DNA from: a virus
Length of the DNA stretch: 64,000 nt
Virus record (IMG/VR): IMGVR_UViG_3300008120_009632
Span: 23,452-87,451 of that record
Reading direction: 5' to 3' (one strand)
Shown here: positions 29,994 to 39,627 of the stretch, in pieces
How positions within the stretch are numbered: the first letter of the stretch is position 1
Layout of the letters: every line of letters begins with the position of its first letter
Position numbers and translations under genes: made by a program
Notes under the pieces: model-generated
Seen by the model: only the letters and a program-made list of their open reading frames with translations
Databases searched by the model: none
What the model was told of the DNA's origin: nothing

Positions 29994-32249
29994 TTATGCC
30001 GGGGTTGATGATGGAGTTGGCGTTAATGTTGGTGTTGGCGTTGCTTTTAATAAATTAGCATTCTGTCCTCGGACAGCATCCGCACAAAATTCAAAGATGC
30101 TAGATATCGTAGTATTATTATGAGACATAATAGTTCCAGATAACGGATATATAGAGCATGCTTGGTTTGCATCTTTAAGTCTATAATAGTATGTAACATT
30201 ATACTTATCCAGATCAGGCAATCCAGACAGAGATATATCTATTTGTTTGATTAGACTACCGCTACCGGATACTGGAATAGTATGAGTATCAGTATTGATA
30301 TCTATAGATAATGGCTCACTATAAATTAAATTAGAACTATTTGAAACATAGATATTTAAACAATCTTTAGATGTATTAATAGATTTTATACAATTATCAT
30401 TGTATTCAGAATATTCAAATATAATATCTTCTAATAATGCTTCCAGCTCTTTCTGTTTAATAGTATCTGATGAGTATTGTTTGATATCTTTCTTAGTTAC
30501 ATTTATTGCAGTAGTGTAAGCTACATGACTATTATCTGTTACTAAATTTTTAATATCACTACCATCTAAAGATAAAGACTTAATTTTTTGGATCAGATAT
30601 TGAGATAAATACGGTGTTTTTGATTTATGTATTAATGGTAATTTTAGAGGTAATTTTGCATCCGCATTTGTTATAAAGTAATATGATTTTCCGGGATCTA
30701 ATGATGTTAATGTAGATTTATTATTAGGTATAGTATGATTACCACTAGAAGTCGTATTAAAAAATATAGTATTATTTGAAGTAGAATAGATAGTTGAAAT
30801 ATTATTTATGAAGTTATTCCAATCTTTAACAATTTCATTATTATGACTAAGTCCAGTAGGGGCGGACAACAATGATAAATTTCCCATAGCATATGCAGGA
30901 TATTCTTTAATACTATATATTTTATCCAAAATTTCTGGATCACATACTGGTTCTTTTGATGGTGTTATAGAGATTGTCGGTGTAACTGTTGGAGTCCTTG
31001 TCGGAGTCTTTGTTATTGTAGGAGTAACCGTTGGAGTTCTAGTTGGTGTTTTTGTTGGTGTTGCTGTTTGTGTTCTGGTTAGTGTTATTGTTGGGGTTAT
31101 TGTAACAGTGGGAGTAGGGGTTTTTGTCGGGGTTTTTGTTGGAGTTTGAGAGATTGTTGGTGTTATTGTTATAGTATTAGTGATTGTTGGAGTTACCGTT
31201 GGAGTAGTACTAATAGTAGGAGTCAAACTATTAGTTGGAGTAACCGTTTGTGTTGGTGTTGGAGTTTGACTAGCCCCAATACTTTGAGTTGGTGTGGGAG
31301 TTGGAGTTGTGGTAGAGGTTACAGATACTGTTGGAGTTGGAGTTGGTGTTGGATCTTGATTTGTGACACCACCATCTCCTATACTGCTATCAAAAGGGAC
31401 ACAACCAGTAGACCCAACCGGACAAGGTACGGTATCTGTTTGAGTGGCATAAGTCCAATATTTTGGTACAGAACTATCATAAAAAGCTGCTTTATACCAT
31501 TCATTAATTGTTGGTATTGCATAGATGGCATCTATATTTCTAGTAAAAATAGAATTATTAATTATAGTATATGCACCAGAATTAATATCACTAGCAGATC
31601 CATTGTGTAGCCAATTACACATTCTAGCAGCACTAATAAAGGATACATAATTAACTGGTTTATTTTGAAAATTTGTTTTTGTAACATACTTCGATCCTGA
31701 CGGATTAGTTGTAACAAAATTTATTCCACCTCTTGGATTATTATTTCCATTTAATAATTTAGACATCAAATTAGAATATAGTCCATAAGTATTTAATCCA
31801 TTGGGATCGACAGCATTTAGAAAGGCCGCATATTGACTATTCGTAACAGGTTCGATCATTATCCTATAGTTATAAGCTACGGATCCATATCCTGTTCTAC
31901 TGTCATTACTATTGTTGATATCAGGAATATCTACACAAGAAAGAAAACTATTTAATACTGTAAAACTAACAAGTCGAAAACCAATATTATTTGATAATGT
32001 TGAATAATTAATAGTATTTTTACCATAACACGATAATGAATCACTATTTGTATTCCATGATCCTCCAAAAATATCAGAATATATTAAACTATCAATATCA
32101 TTTAAGGATTCTAGCCATTCCCATACATTACCAGACTGATCTAATGTTCCATATGAGCTTGGCATACCATTAGTACCAACGGATGTAACATTACCATTAA
32201 CTCCGTTCCATACTGCTTCACTATTATAGTTAGCGCTATTATAGGACAT
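29994..32249 (-). CDS. Circularly permuted FGE-sulfatase domain, long Thr-Pro stalk and C-terminal domain
   Basis: DQSGNVWEW and IGFRL precede [29 protein letters not shown]; about 130-aa TP tract. Confidence 0.88.
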   Translation of the reverse strand: MSYNSANYNSEAVWNGVNGNVTSVGTNGMPSSYGTLDQSGNVWEWLESLNDIDSLIYSDIFGGSWNTNSDSLSCYGKNTINYSTLSNNIGFRLVSFTVLNSFLSCVDIPDINNSNDSRTGYGSVAYNYRIMIEPVTNSQYAAFLNAVDPNGLNTYGLYSNLMSKLLNGNNNPRGGINFVTTNPSGSKYVTKTNFQNKPVNYVSFISAARMCNWLHNGSASDINSGAYTIINNSIFTRNIDAIYAIPTINEWYKAAFYDSSVPKYWTYATQTDTVPCPVGSTGCVPFDSSIGDGGVTNQDPTPTPTPTVSVTSTTTPTPTPTQSIGASQTPTPTQTVTPTNSLTPTISTTPTVTPTITNTITITPTISQTPTKTPTKTPTPTVTITPTITLTRTQTATPTKTPTRTPTVTPTITKTPTRTPTVTPTISITPSKEPVCDPEILDKIYSIKEYPAYAMGNLSLLSAPTGLSHNNEIVKDWNNFINNISTIYSTSNNTIFFNTTSSGNHTIPNNKSTLTSLDPGKSYYFITNADAKLPLKLPLIHKSKTPYLSQYLIQKIKSLSLDGSDIKNLVTDNSHVAYTTAINVTKKDIKQYSSDTIKQKELEALLEDIIFEYSEYNDNCIKSINTSKDCLNIYVSNSSNLIYSEPLSIDINTDTHTIPVSGSGSLIKQIDISLSGLPDLDKYNVTYYYRLKDANQACSIYPLSGTIMSHNNTTISSIFEFCADAVRGQNANLLKATPTPTLTPTPSSTPA

Positions 32250-32261
32250 AAAATTTCCCTA

Positions 32262-33917
32262 CTATGTTGGTAATGTTGGTATTTTGTTTGGACATCTTAA
32301 TATGATATTATCAACTGCATAAATATTAGTAGTTGGATCGGAGACTACTAACCTTACAGTGGTTCCAGGTCTATTATTAAGGTTGTAAACTGCTCCTATT
32401 TTACCTACGCCATTTCCAAAGGATATAGTGCCAGATAGTGGTGTTATAGATACTAAACTATTACTATTATAAAATCTATAGTTATATTGTTTACCACAAC
32501 AAGCTCCACTAACAGTAGCCATAAGAATTTGATCTTTATTACAGCATAGAGTATCTGATAAGTTAATCTCAGATCCTGGTCTATTATTTTCTGTTAATCC
32601 TCCTGATGGATAGATATTATCAGTATTATCAAATTTAATATATAGACTGTCAATACAATCTTCATTTCGAGATTCTATATTCCCTTGAATAACAATAGAT
32701 TCTCTATAAATATTATTTGAAGATTCATTAACAGATAAAGTTAGAATCGTATAAATATTTTGATCAATAAATTTTTCAGTATAAAAAGGTTCTAAATTAT
32801 ATTGTAGATTAGGCCAAGAGTCAAACGGATTGTAGACTGTTGACATAGAAAAATTTGTTTCTATTACACCTGTCCCATATATCATTTGTGATTCATTATC
32901 TTCATACATGCTTTTTGGTCTGATAGTTTGTGATTTAGGTAAAATCTTGCACGGCCAATTGCTCCCAGCAGAAAAAAATCCGTATGTATAGGTTTTTGAA
33001 GGATCTAATCCAGAATAGTTTATATATATTGGCATAGTTCCGCTGCAATATACTCCACTAACCGATGCAAAACTACCTAGAATATTAGATAATTTAAAAA
33101 TTGGAGTTTTTCTTGTTGTATTAGGTAAACATTCATTACACTTAATATTTATTTGATCATTAAATAATAGATTCATATCTTCTGAATATAAGGATATATT
33201 CAATACCGTAAAAATATTTTTATAGTAAAAATTACTATTTGTATCTATATTTGAATCATACGGAATACTATTAAGATAGTTATCTCCACTTGGATAATAA
33301 CTAAATAAAGATTTTATAATACCACTAGTAAACCCAGAAGGATTGGTGGTATTTGATCCTTGTAGATATCCGGATAAAGAAGATAATTTTGCTGGCCAAT
33401 TAGAATATACTGGTATTATTTCATAAAAATATGTTTTAGATGGATATATATTATCTATTTGTAAATTGATATCATATGTATATTCATTACTAAGTTCTAT
33501 ATTTTGATATGATTTATCTATAGTATTTGGTTTTCCATAACATGAATACGATAGATTGCACTCATGATCATGACGATGACAATCATGATTATTTAAAAAT
33601 TCTTCTGAATCAATATTTTTAGGAATAGTCAAAGGCAAATTTTCTTCTGATATTAATACTATATAATATGTTTTATTTGGATCTAGACTACTTAATGTAC
33701 TACCTCTATCTGGCTCTCTCTGCGTAGTTGATGGTATAATCTTAGTAAAAAAAACAGGAATTGTTCCATCAAATTTAGTTTGACCATAAACATATAGTAT
33801 GCTATTAATAAACTTATTATATTCTGATTTACCTTTAGAATCCTGTGGACTATTAAATAAATCAAATGATGTCTCGCCATCATATTTAAATATTGCAGTT
33901 TTAGAATATATGATCAT
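32262..33917 (-). CDS. Putative virion protein with repeated beta domains shared with its neighbours
   Basis: K.Y.Y.....SNWP..I.P.SG repeats; TL.SLDP.K.YY motif shared with 29994..32249. Confidence 0.7.
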   Translation of the reverse strand: MIIYSKTAIFKYDGETSFDLFNSPQDSKGKSEYNKFINSILYVYGQTKFDGTIPVFFTKIIPSTTQREPDRGSTLSSLDPNKTYYIVLISEENLPLTIPKNIDSEEFLNNHDCHRHDHECNLSYSCYGKPNTIDKSYQNIELSNEYTYDINLQIDNIYPSKTYFYEIIPVYSNWPAKLSSLSGYLQGSNTTNPSGFTSGIIKSLFSYYPSGDNYLNSIPYDSNIDTNSNFYYKNIFTVLNISLYSEDMNLLFNDQINIKCNECLPNTTRKTPIFKLSNILGSFASVSGVYCSGTMPIYINYSGLDPSKTYTYGFFSAGSNWPCKILPKSQTIRPKSMYEDNESQMIYGTGVIETNFSMSTVYNPFDSWPNLQYNLEPFYTEKFIDQNIYTILTLSVNESSNNIYRESIVIQGNIESRNEDCIDSLYIKFDNTDNIYPSGGLTENNRPGSEINLSDTLCCNKDQILMATVSGACCGKQYNYRFYNSNSLVSITPLSGTISFGNGVGKIGAVYNLNNRPGTTVRLVVSDPTTNIYAVDNIILRCPNKIPTLPT

Positions 33918-33958
33918 AATACGGCTAATATCCCACTAGAGAGTTATTCCTGATATTG

Positions 33959-33969
33959 ATTTATACACC
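33959..33969 (-). promoter_or_regulatory. GGTGTA-class putative promoter (GGTGTATAAAT)
   Basis: Encodes the last codons (G-V-stop) of the upstream gene; precedes the large surface-protein operon. Confidence 0.55.
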
Positions 33970-34329
33970 AGTAACACTATCTATGTAATTAGCGCAAGCT
34001 ATTCCAGAATAATGCTCACCGGGAATTAAATTATCAATATTGATATTAACAGAATATTTATTATTTTGTTGTATTCCAAAATCAATTATACAATTATTTG
34101 AACAGGAGCACCTTTCATTAGCGTATAAGAAATACGTTTCAGTTTTATCTGTTCTAGTATTAGTTAATTGTATTTCTACAATAACAGCATCTGATCCCGA
34201 TGGCTTAATAATATCAAAAGCTAAATTCTGACGTCCTGTCCCAAAACATCTTTCATCTTTATGAGAGTTTTGCCCTGGACAAAAAAATAAGAATTCATTT
34301 GGCTCTACTAATAAGCAGTCTTTAGTCAT
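33961..34329 (-). CDS. Cys-containing hypothetical protein
   Basis: ORF in operon; NIDNLIPGEHY resembles the neighbouring beta repeats. Confidence 0.65.
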   Translation of the reverse strand: MTKDCLLVEPNEFLFFCPGQNSHKDERCFGTGRQNLAFDIIKPSGSDAVIVEIQLTNTRTDKTETYFLYANERCSCSNNCIIDFGIQQNNKYSVNINIDNLIPGEHYSGIACANYIDSVTGV

Positions 34330-34331
34330 TG

Positions 34332-34652
34332 TTATTTATTTTCTATCTTTTCTTCCAGAGCTTCTAGTGTCTTTCCCAATGTTGCTAACTGTACTTTAAG
34401 ATCATTCATAACATCGCTATTTCTTTGTAAAGCATTAGCAAATGCTGCTTGTGTTTCTTTATTAATAGCTAGCCTTTCCATAATAAATTGCTTATCTTGT
34501 AAATAAGGAGAGTCATTTTTAACCATTTCTGAAATTTCTTCTCTGGATACAATTTTTCTCCCTATTCCAACCCAAAATCCTATCAGAGTAACTATTATAC
34601 CTAAACTAACAGTTGCGAGTGATTGCCAGAAATGGGTAATTGGTTCAGACAT
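34332..34652 (-). CDS. Single-TM plus coiled-coil protein
   Basis: LATVSLGIIVTLIGFWVGI helix, heptad C-terminus; GGAG SD before ATG 34652. Confidence 0.75.
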   Translation of the reverse strand: MSEPITHFWQSLATVSLGIIVTLIGFWVGIGRKIVSREEISEMVKNDSPYLQDKQFIMERLAINKETQAAFANALQRNSDVMNDLKVQLATLGKTLEALEEKIENK

Positions 34653-34667
34653 ATTATGGTTCTCCAT

Positions 34668-34698
34668 AAAAAAATAAGCCAGATCTCTCTGGCTTATT
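34668..34698 (-). terminator. Intrinsic terminator
   Basis: Minus strand AATAAGCCAGA-GAGA-TCTGGCTTATT (11-bp stem, GNRA loop) running into a 7-T tract. Confidence 0.8.
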
Positions 34699-34705
34699 AT
34701 ACACT
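34696..34705 (-). promoter_or_regulatory. Variant GGTGTA-class promoter (AGTGTATAAT) overlapping the terminator stem
   Basis: One mismatch to the recurrent motif; intergenic. Confidence 0.45.
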
Positions 34706-34725
34706 ATAAATATAGTTATATTTGA

Positions 34726-35256
34726 TTATCTCTTAGAGTCATATGATCTGGAAGATGGGATTGAGCCGACTAAATATACCATCTTACCAGTATTAGACCT
34801 ATTAGCATTCGCTGCCGTATCGATATACTGAGTAGATGATCTGGCTTTATGAAAGGTATCTGTTACTGTAGATGGCTCAACGACGAACTGACCAGTATAT
34901 AGATTATAGTCGCCGTCTCTAAACGAAGTCGATTGTTTACGAGTAATTATACTTTCAATTTTATGAATTCCAACTATTAATCCTGGAACAGCTGCTCCAC
35001 TTAATAGTGTAGTATCTGGTAATCCACCTAGTTTTGTTGACACTCTTTTAGCTACTGGATCTCTGCTATTGTGAGCAAAATCCCCACCAACAAGAGCTGG
35101 ATCAGTATCTGTGCCATCAATAACAATAGAGCCTAAAGCTACTGCTTCTAGTCCCTGTCCTATTGAGCCTAAAACAGATGAATTACCTAGGTTAATACCT
35201 GTACCAGAATTATTATCAATATTAGAATTATCATCTTGGGCATTATGTAGTGACAT
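34726..35256 (-). CDS. Putative virion (decoration-like) protein
   Basis: GGAG SD, own terminator; R...YNLYTGQF motif shared with the N-terminus of 24672..27026. Confidence 0.65.
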   Translation of the reverse strand: MSLHNAQDDNSNIDNNSGTGINLGNSSVLGSIGQGLEAVALGSIVIDGTDTDPALVGGDFAHNSRDPVAKRVSTKLGGLPDTTLLSGAAVPGLIVGIHKIESIITRKQSTSFRDGDYNLYTGQFVVEPSTVTDTFHKARSSTQYIDTAANANRSNTGKMVYLVGSIPSSRSYDSKR

Positions 35257-35313
35257 GGGTTTTCTCCATTGGAAGAATTACATCAATAGATATTACCCCA
35301 AAATCTTTATTTT

Positions 35314-35994
35314 TTATTTTTTTAGATTAATATGCTCTATAAACATATGCAAACTGTTAATATTAAATAGTCTTATACCATATAATTCAGCCATTTTTAT
35401 TACACTATTAGCGTGTTTTTCATTATAGATATTTCCCGTGCTAATAGTATTAATTCTACTTTTACTCATTAAAAAATTACAAGCGATTAAATTATCATTA
35501 ATATCATCAATCATAGTGCCAGAAGAAGGTAAGACTGTATGGATTCCATAGTCCATCAGTATTTGACAAACTTTGGCTAAGACATCATGATTATATATAC
35601 GATATTCCAATATATATCTAAGTTGGATATTAAACTCATTACATGTTTCTAAATTAGATTTGATATCATCTCTAAATTTATCATATTTTCTATTGGTAAT
35701 AATTTTTGTAGGAATAAATAAATCTATAGTTTTAATAAGATTATTGTATGTTTTGCACAGATTGGACACTGCAAATGATCGTGTTTTCAGGTCGGCAACG
35801 CCCGTAGGGAAATCTATTGGGCATGAGATATTGATATTTTTTTCTTTGATATCAGGTAGAGATCTGATAGTACTTAAAGTATATGGTAATACAGAAATAT
35901 TCGTTATACCGTGTTTAATAGCGTCTGTTATGTTTTTAGCTGTCTCGATTTCATTAATAGAATAATCTAGACAAGCATATTCTGTATAAATCAT
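35314..35994 (-). CDS. Deoxyribose-phosphate aldolase (DeoC)-like protein lacking the catalytic lysine
   Basis: CPIDFPTG, IDL, LRYILE; KTSTG replaced by LPSSG. Confidence 0.7.
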   Translation of the reverse strand: MIYTEYACLDYSINEIETAKNITDAIKHGITNISVLPYTLSTIRSLPDIKEKNINISCPIDFPTGVADLKTRSFAVSNLCKTYNNLIKTIDLFIPTKIITNRKYDKFRDDIKSNLETCNEFNIQLRYILEYRIYNHDVLAKVCQILMDYGIHTVLPSSGTMIDDINDNLIACNFLMSKSRINTISTGNIYNEKHANSVIKMAELYGIRLFNINSLHMFIEHINLKK

Positions 35995-36668
35995 AATTTT
36001 TTAGCATAATGTTTTATATAGTCTATATTTGGAAATTGTTTCGAACCCAAAATACCATCTGCAAAACCATAATCTACTGCTTCTGGAGCTGTTAATATCC
36101 AATCACATTTATTAGCAATTTGAGATATTATATGTTTTCTTGCGATCATTTTTTTCCATTTTTTTTCTTTTGCTATCTTACTTGATATACACCTATCTGT
36201 GAAGATATCTATCATCTTATCACACTCTTGTTCATTCCAGTGAATAGAACTGGCTGCTGCTTTACTATGCTCTTCATTAATACTAAATGACCCATAATGG
36301 ATCAATACGTTTGTATTTGGCATCAAAATTCTTAAATCTGCAGATTGTAATAAAACACTACTAGAGGATTCAGCTTTGGCATAAGCAAGTATTATTATAT
36401 TACATGTACATGATTGTATCGCATCGTACATACCTAAGCAGTCTTGCCATTCTCCGCCTGGTAAATGCATATGAACCAATATGGGATCCATAGATATCAT
36501 ATTTAGATATCTTAAATTTTTTTCAAATACAATCGCACTTCTATAGTCTACTCCTCCTTCGATTTCGCCATCAGATATATAAGAGTGTAGATAGATTTCT
36601 CTATTATTGATATCTATGTTATAGTTATGAACATAGTCTATGTCTTGTGTTTCTTTATTTATCTTCAT
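35991..36668 (-). CDS. clpP: ClpP-like protease
   Basis: REIYL, PGG, AESSSS (Ser), LIHYG (His), DWILTAPEAVDYGFAD (Asp). Confidence 0.9.
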   Translation of the reverse strand: MKINKETQDIDYVHNYNIDINNREIYLHSYISDGEIEGGVDYRSAIVFEKNLRYLNMISMDPILVHMHLPGGEWQDCLGMYDAIQSCTCNIIILAYAKAESSSSVLLQSADLRILMPNTNVLIHYGSFSINEEHSKAAASSIHWNEQECDKMIDIFTDRCISSKIAKEKKWKKMIARKHIISQIANKCDWILTAPEAVDYGFADGILGSKQFPNIDYIKHYAKKL

Positions 36669-37104
36669 TATTATCTGCTATTTCGTAAACGGTATCTTGA
36701 ATATTTTTTTTGACATCAGAGTCATAAAAGGCTTTGCCTATTGCGACTCTAAATCTATATCTAGTAAAAATATCTAAACATTCTACTCCATTGATTTGCT
36801 CTATAGTTTCTGCTATTTTTCTTGTAATATCAAAATTAGTATGACCGATCCAGAAATTAAAAAGTTTACCACTAGCTGTATTTTCATTAACAGGTATAAT
36901 ACCCATTGGAGTTGCAATAACTTTTATTTGTTTTTTACCAAACTGATTGAATGCATTATTTAATTCATTGAGATCTTCTTCTTGATTGTCTTCATCGTCA
37001 TAAAAATTACTATACGGCTCTTCGTCTATATCGTTATCATCTTTTTCTCCAAATGGATCTCTCCATTTTTCCCACATGATAATTTTTGTTTCGTTGTTAC
37101 TCAT
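36655..37104 (-). CDS. Hypothetical protein with acidic insert
   Basis: WEKW.DP and FWIGHTNF...GVE.L....RYRFR motifs. Confidence 0.7.
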   Translation of the reverse strand: MSNNETKIIMWEKWRDPFGEKDDNDIDEEPYSNFYDDEDNQEEDLNELNNAFNQFGKKQIKVIATPMGIIPVNENTASGKLFNFWIGHTNFDITRKIAETIEQINGVECLDIFTRYRFRVAIGKAFYDSDVKKNIQDTVYEIADNNEDK

Positions 37105-37135
37105 TTTATTATCGCAAAAGAATAGATTAAATCTA

Positions 37136-37531
37136 TTATATCTTAAATACTTGAGATGGTTTGACTACAGGTTGATTATATTGTACATAATTTTTTTTAT
37201 TTTTTTTGTATTGCTCATATAATAATCCCCAAAATGAAATAATATTATCTATAAATAGATACTGCTGATTATTATTTTGGTCTATTTTAGATTGCAAAAT
37301 AGTGACTATATTATTCTTATGAAGGCCTTGATTAATTGACAATAAAAATTCAGCATATCTTTCGGCCACGACAGCTATATTGTCTGGAGTAGCTTTCGAC
37401 ATATCTGGAAGATCTACATTAATATCAACAGAATAATTATCTAATATAGAAAAATTAATTGATCCAATAATCCCATGTTGTTGTGGTTTATTACGCCACG
37501 TTAGTAATTTTTCTAAGTAACGGATGATCAT
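37136..37531 (-). CDS. Hypothetical protein
   Basis: ORF in operon. Confidence 0.6.
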   Translation of the reverse strand: MIIRYLEKLLTWRNKPQQHGIIGSINFSILDNYSVDINVDLPDMSKATPDNIAVVAERYAEFLLSINQGLHKNNIVTILQSKIDQNNNQQYLFIDNIISFWGLLYEQYKKNKKNYVQYNQPVVKPSQVFKI

Positions 37532-37841
37532 TAACTAAGTCCTCTGTATAAAGTTTATAACAATTTTTCAATTCTATATTATAGGGTATCCAACAAAAGT
37601 ATGATAATATTACATTCTTATTCTCTATCCTCGGTTCAAGATGAATAAATTTAATATAATCAGATGATATAGATATATAATTTTCTATTAGTTTAGATAG
37701 AATAAAATTGAGACTATTTGTGTCTTCTTTTATCTCATCTGATAAAACAATAAACTTCTCTGAATGTTTAGATAGTGTTTGATACTTTTGTGTATCTCTA
37801 TCAAGAACGATACAATACAGTTCAACTATACATTTGGTCAT
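37491..37841 (-). CDS. Hypothetical protein
   Basis: ORF in operon directly downstream of the sigma factor. Confidence 0.6.
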   Translation of the reverse strand: MTKCIVELYCIVLDRDTQKYQTLSKHSEKFIVLSDEIKEDTNSLNFILSKLIENYISISSDYIKFIHLEPRIENKNVILSYFCWIPYNIELKNCYKLYTEDLVNDHPLLRKITNVA

Positions 37842-38427
37842 ATGTTTTGATAGTCTCTATTGCTCTTTTTATACTTTGTCTAACTGCTTCACGAGACACT
37901 CCAAAATGTTTACCAATTTTTGATAGTGTTAGATTATCAAAATAATACATCATAATTTGTTGTTTTTGTTTTTCTGAGATATTTGCATTATCAAGTAGTT
38001 GTGTGATATTTTTTGAAACTTCTTGTTGTTCTTCTTTTTCTATAATTTTTTCTAGTGGATCTTTTTCAGAAGATGACGCTAACAGATCATAAGCATTAAC
38101 GTGTTCTTCTATTGAGCTTAAATTATTATCTAAACTTAAAGATTTTTTATTTTTATTCTTATATTTATGAGTAACATATGTTTTAATTGCCCATATGGCG
38201 CATTGGTTTCTGTAAGAGTAAAGTGTCTTTTTCAAGCCAGTTTTTCCTGATCTTTCTGGATCAAATCTCCAATCGGCATACATAATAGCAGTAGCAACAT
38301 CTGAGACTGCTTCTTCGTTTGCAAGCATTTCCTTTGCTAGTCCATTATAAAATCTTGGAGCAAATTTTGATATGGTCTTTTTTGCTAAAGATACATATAT
38401 AGACAAAGTATCAAATTCAGTATTCAT
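37822..38427 (-). CDS. Phage-encoded sigma70-family factor
   Basis: Region 2-like A..RFDPER...SY....IW.I; region 4 HTH ISEKQK..IMMYY...LTLSKIG.HFGVSREAVRQ. Confidence 0.88.
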   Translation of the reverse strand: MNTEFDTLSIYVSLAKKTISKFAPRFYNGLAKEMLANEEAVSDVATAIMYADWRFDPERSGKTGLKKTLYSYRNQCAIWAIKTYVTHKYKNKNKKSLSLDNNLSSIEEHVNAYDLLASSSEKDPLEKIIEKEEQQEVSKNITQLLDNANISEKQKQQIMMYYFDNLTLSKIGKHFGVSREAVRQSIKRAIETIKTYDQMYS

Positions 38428-38471
38428 TGGTGTCCTTTCGTGTCCTTAAATCTTAAATCTTAAACTATAAA

Positions 38472-38969
38472 TTACTTATCTTTTTTAGTCAGCTTTTTCC
38501 ACTGTTCGGGATTTGGTCTATCTTTATCTCCGGGTTTGGCTGGCTTATATTTTTTACCCATTTTTTCTTTTTTCTTTCTGATATTTTCCCATAAGCCCGG
38601 AAGGTTTTTAGCAGCCTCTGCTCCTTCTGTATCGGTTTCACTTTCTCCGAACATGAGGAAATTGTGGATGGTGATCATATAATCTTCCGTTACCGCGATT
38701 TTACCCTGTAACCAGCTCTCTGTCAAGCCTTCTTTGACAGACGGATTTTCTAGTGCATCTACTATGGCTTGTGCATGTTTAGCAATTGACATTATTGATC
38801 CTAAACTCATTTGATAAAAATCATACTTATATTCCATCAATTCCATCTCTGGAGTTTCAACTTCCATTTCTTCTACTTTTGTAAAATCTCCGTCTTCACC
38901 TTTAGCTTGTTGATTTTTTTGTACTAAGGTCTCATTGACAGCATTTAGTATATCATGTAAACGGTCCAT
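38472..38969 (-). CDS. Phage protein with W.Q.KI...DY and GLW.NIR modules
   Basis: Short modules recurrent in large-phage proteins; GGAGG SD before ATG 38969. Confidence 0.7.
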   Translation of the reverse strand: MDRLHDILNAVNETLVQKNQQAKGEDGDFTKVEEMEVETPEMELMEYKYDFYQMSLGSIMSIAKHAQAIVDALENPSVKEGLTESWLQGKIAVTEDYMITIHNFLMFGESETDTEGAEAAKNLPGLWENIRKKKEKMGKKYKPAKPGDKDRPNPEQWKKLTKKDK

Positions 38970-38970
38970 A

Positions 38971-39627
38971 TTATTTACCTCCAGCAAGTTTTGTATATAG
39001 TATTGTAGCTAATTTATTTCCAGCAATAACATCCGACTTATAGTGAACACCCTGAATCATTCTTGCCAATCCTGTCATGTTTACTATATTATCTATTTTT
39101 TGTGTTATTTTTGGATAATATTTTTTTATCATATTTGCGGCTAAACTAGTATACACCACATGTCCAGAAGGATATGACGGAGTATGATGAGTTTCACTTT
39201 CTAAGATTTCTATATTTAGGCCGTAAAATATTCCCAATTGATATGGTCTAGGTCTATTATATATAGATTTAATATTTAATAATATTGGTTTTATAATATT
39301 ATACAATATATCAAATTCTTCTCTTGGAAATTCTATCTTTTGTTTTTCTAAATAATCGTACAAATATTTATTTGGATCTCTATCAATAGTATATACAAAT
39401 TCAATATCTTGTTTTGATCTTGATAGCGATAGATTATAAATTTCTAATAATTCTTTGTAGGTTTGCGCAGACGAGTTTTCTGGCGGTTTATTTAAAATAT
39501 TTTTCCATTCAAAATCAATTATATCTGGTATAGGATATTCCTCTAAAATACCATAATATTTTATTTTATCTATATCTATTTTTTGTGATATAGCATTTAT
39601 TTCAGATAGTATCTTGTTTGATGACAT
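38971..39627 (-). CDS. PAP2-superfamily phosphatase
   Basis: K..YNRPRP, YPSGH, R..QGVHY.SD. Confidence 0.9.
   Translation of the reverse strand: MSSNKILSEINAISQKIDIDKIKYYGILEEYPIPDIIDFEWKNILNKPPENSSAQTYKELLEIYNLSLSRSKQDIEFVYTIDRDPNKYLYDYLEKQKIEFPREEFDILYNIIKPILLNIKSIYNRPRPYQLGIFYGLNIEILESETHHTPSYPSGHVVYTSLAANMIKKYYPKITQKIDNIVNMTGLARMIQGVHYKSDVIAGNKLATILYTKLAGGK

Noticed and set aside
21200-31350. CRISPR-like periodicity in repeats
   Set aside because: The repeats are in-frame coding (G-X-Q, Thr-Pro) with no constant repeat plus unique spacer structure and no cas genes
27051-32249. Diversity-generating retroelement acting on the lectin-fold domains
   Set aside because: No reverse transcriptase and no near-identical template/variable repeat pair differing at adenines in this window
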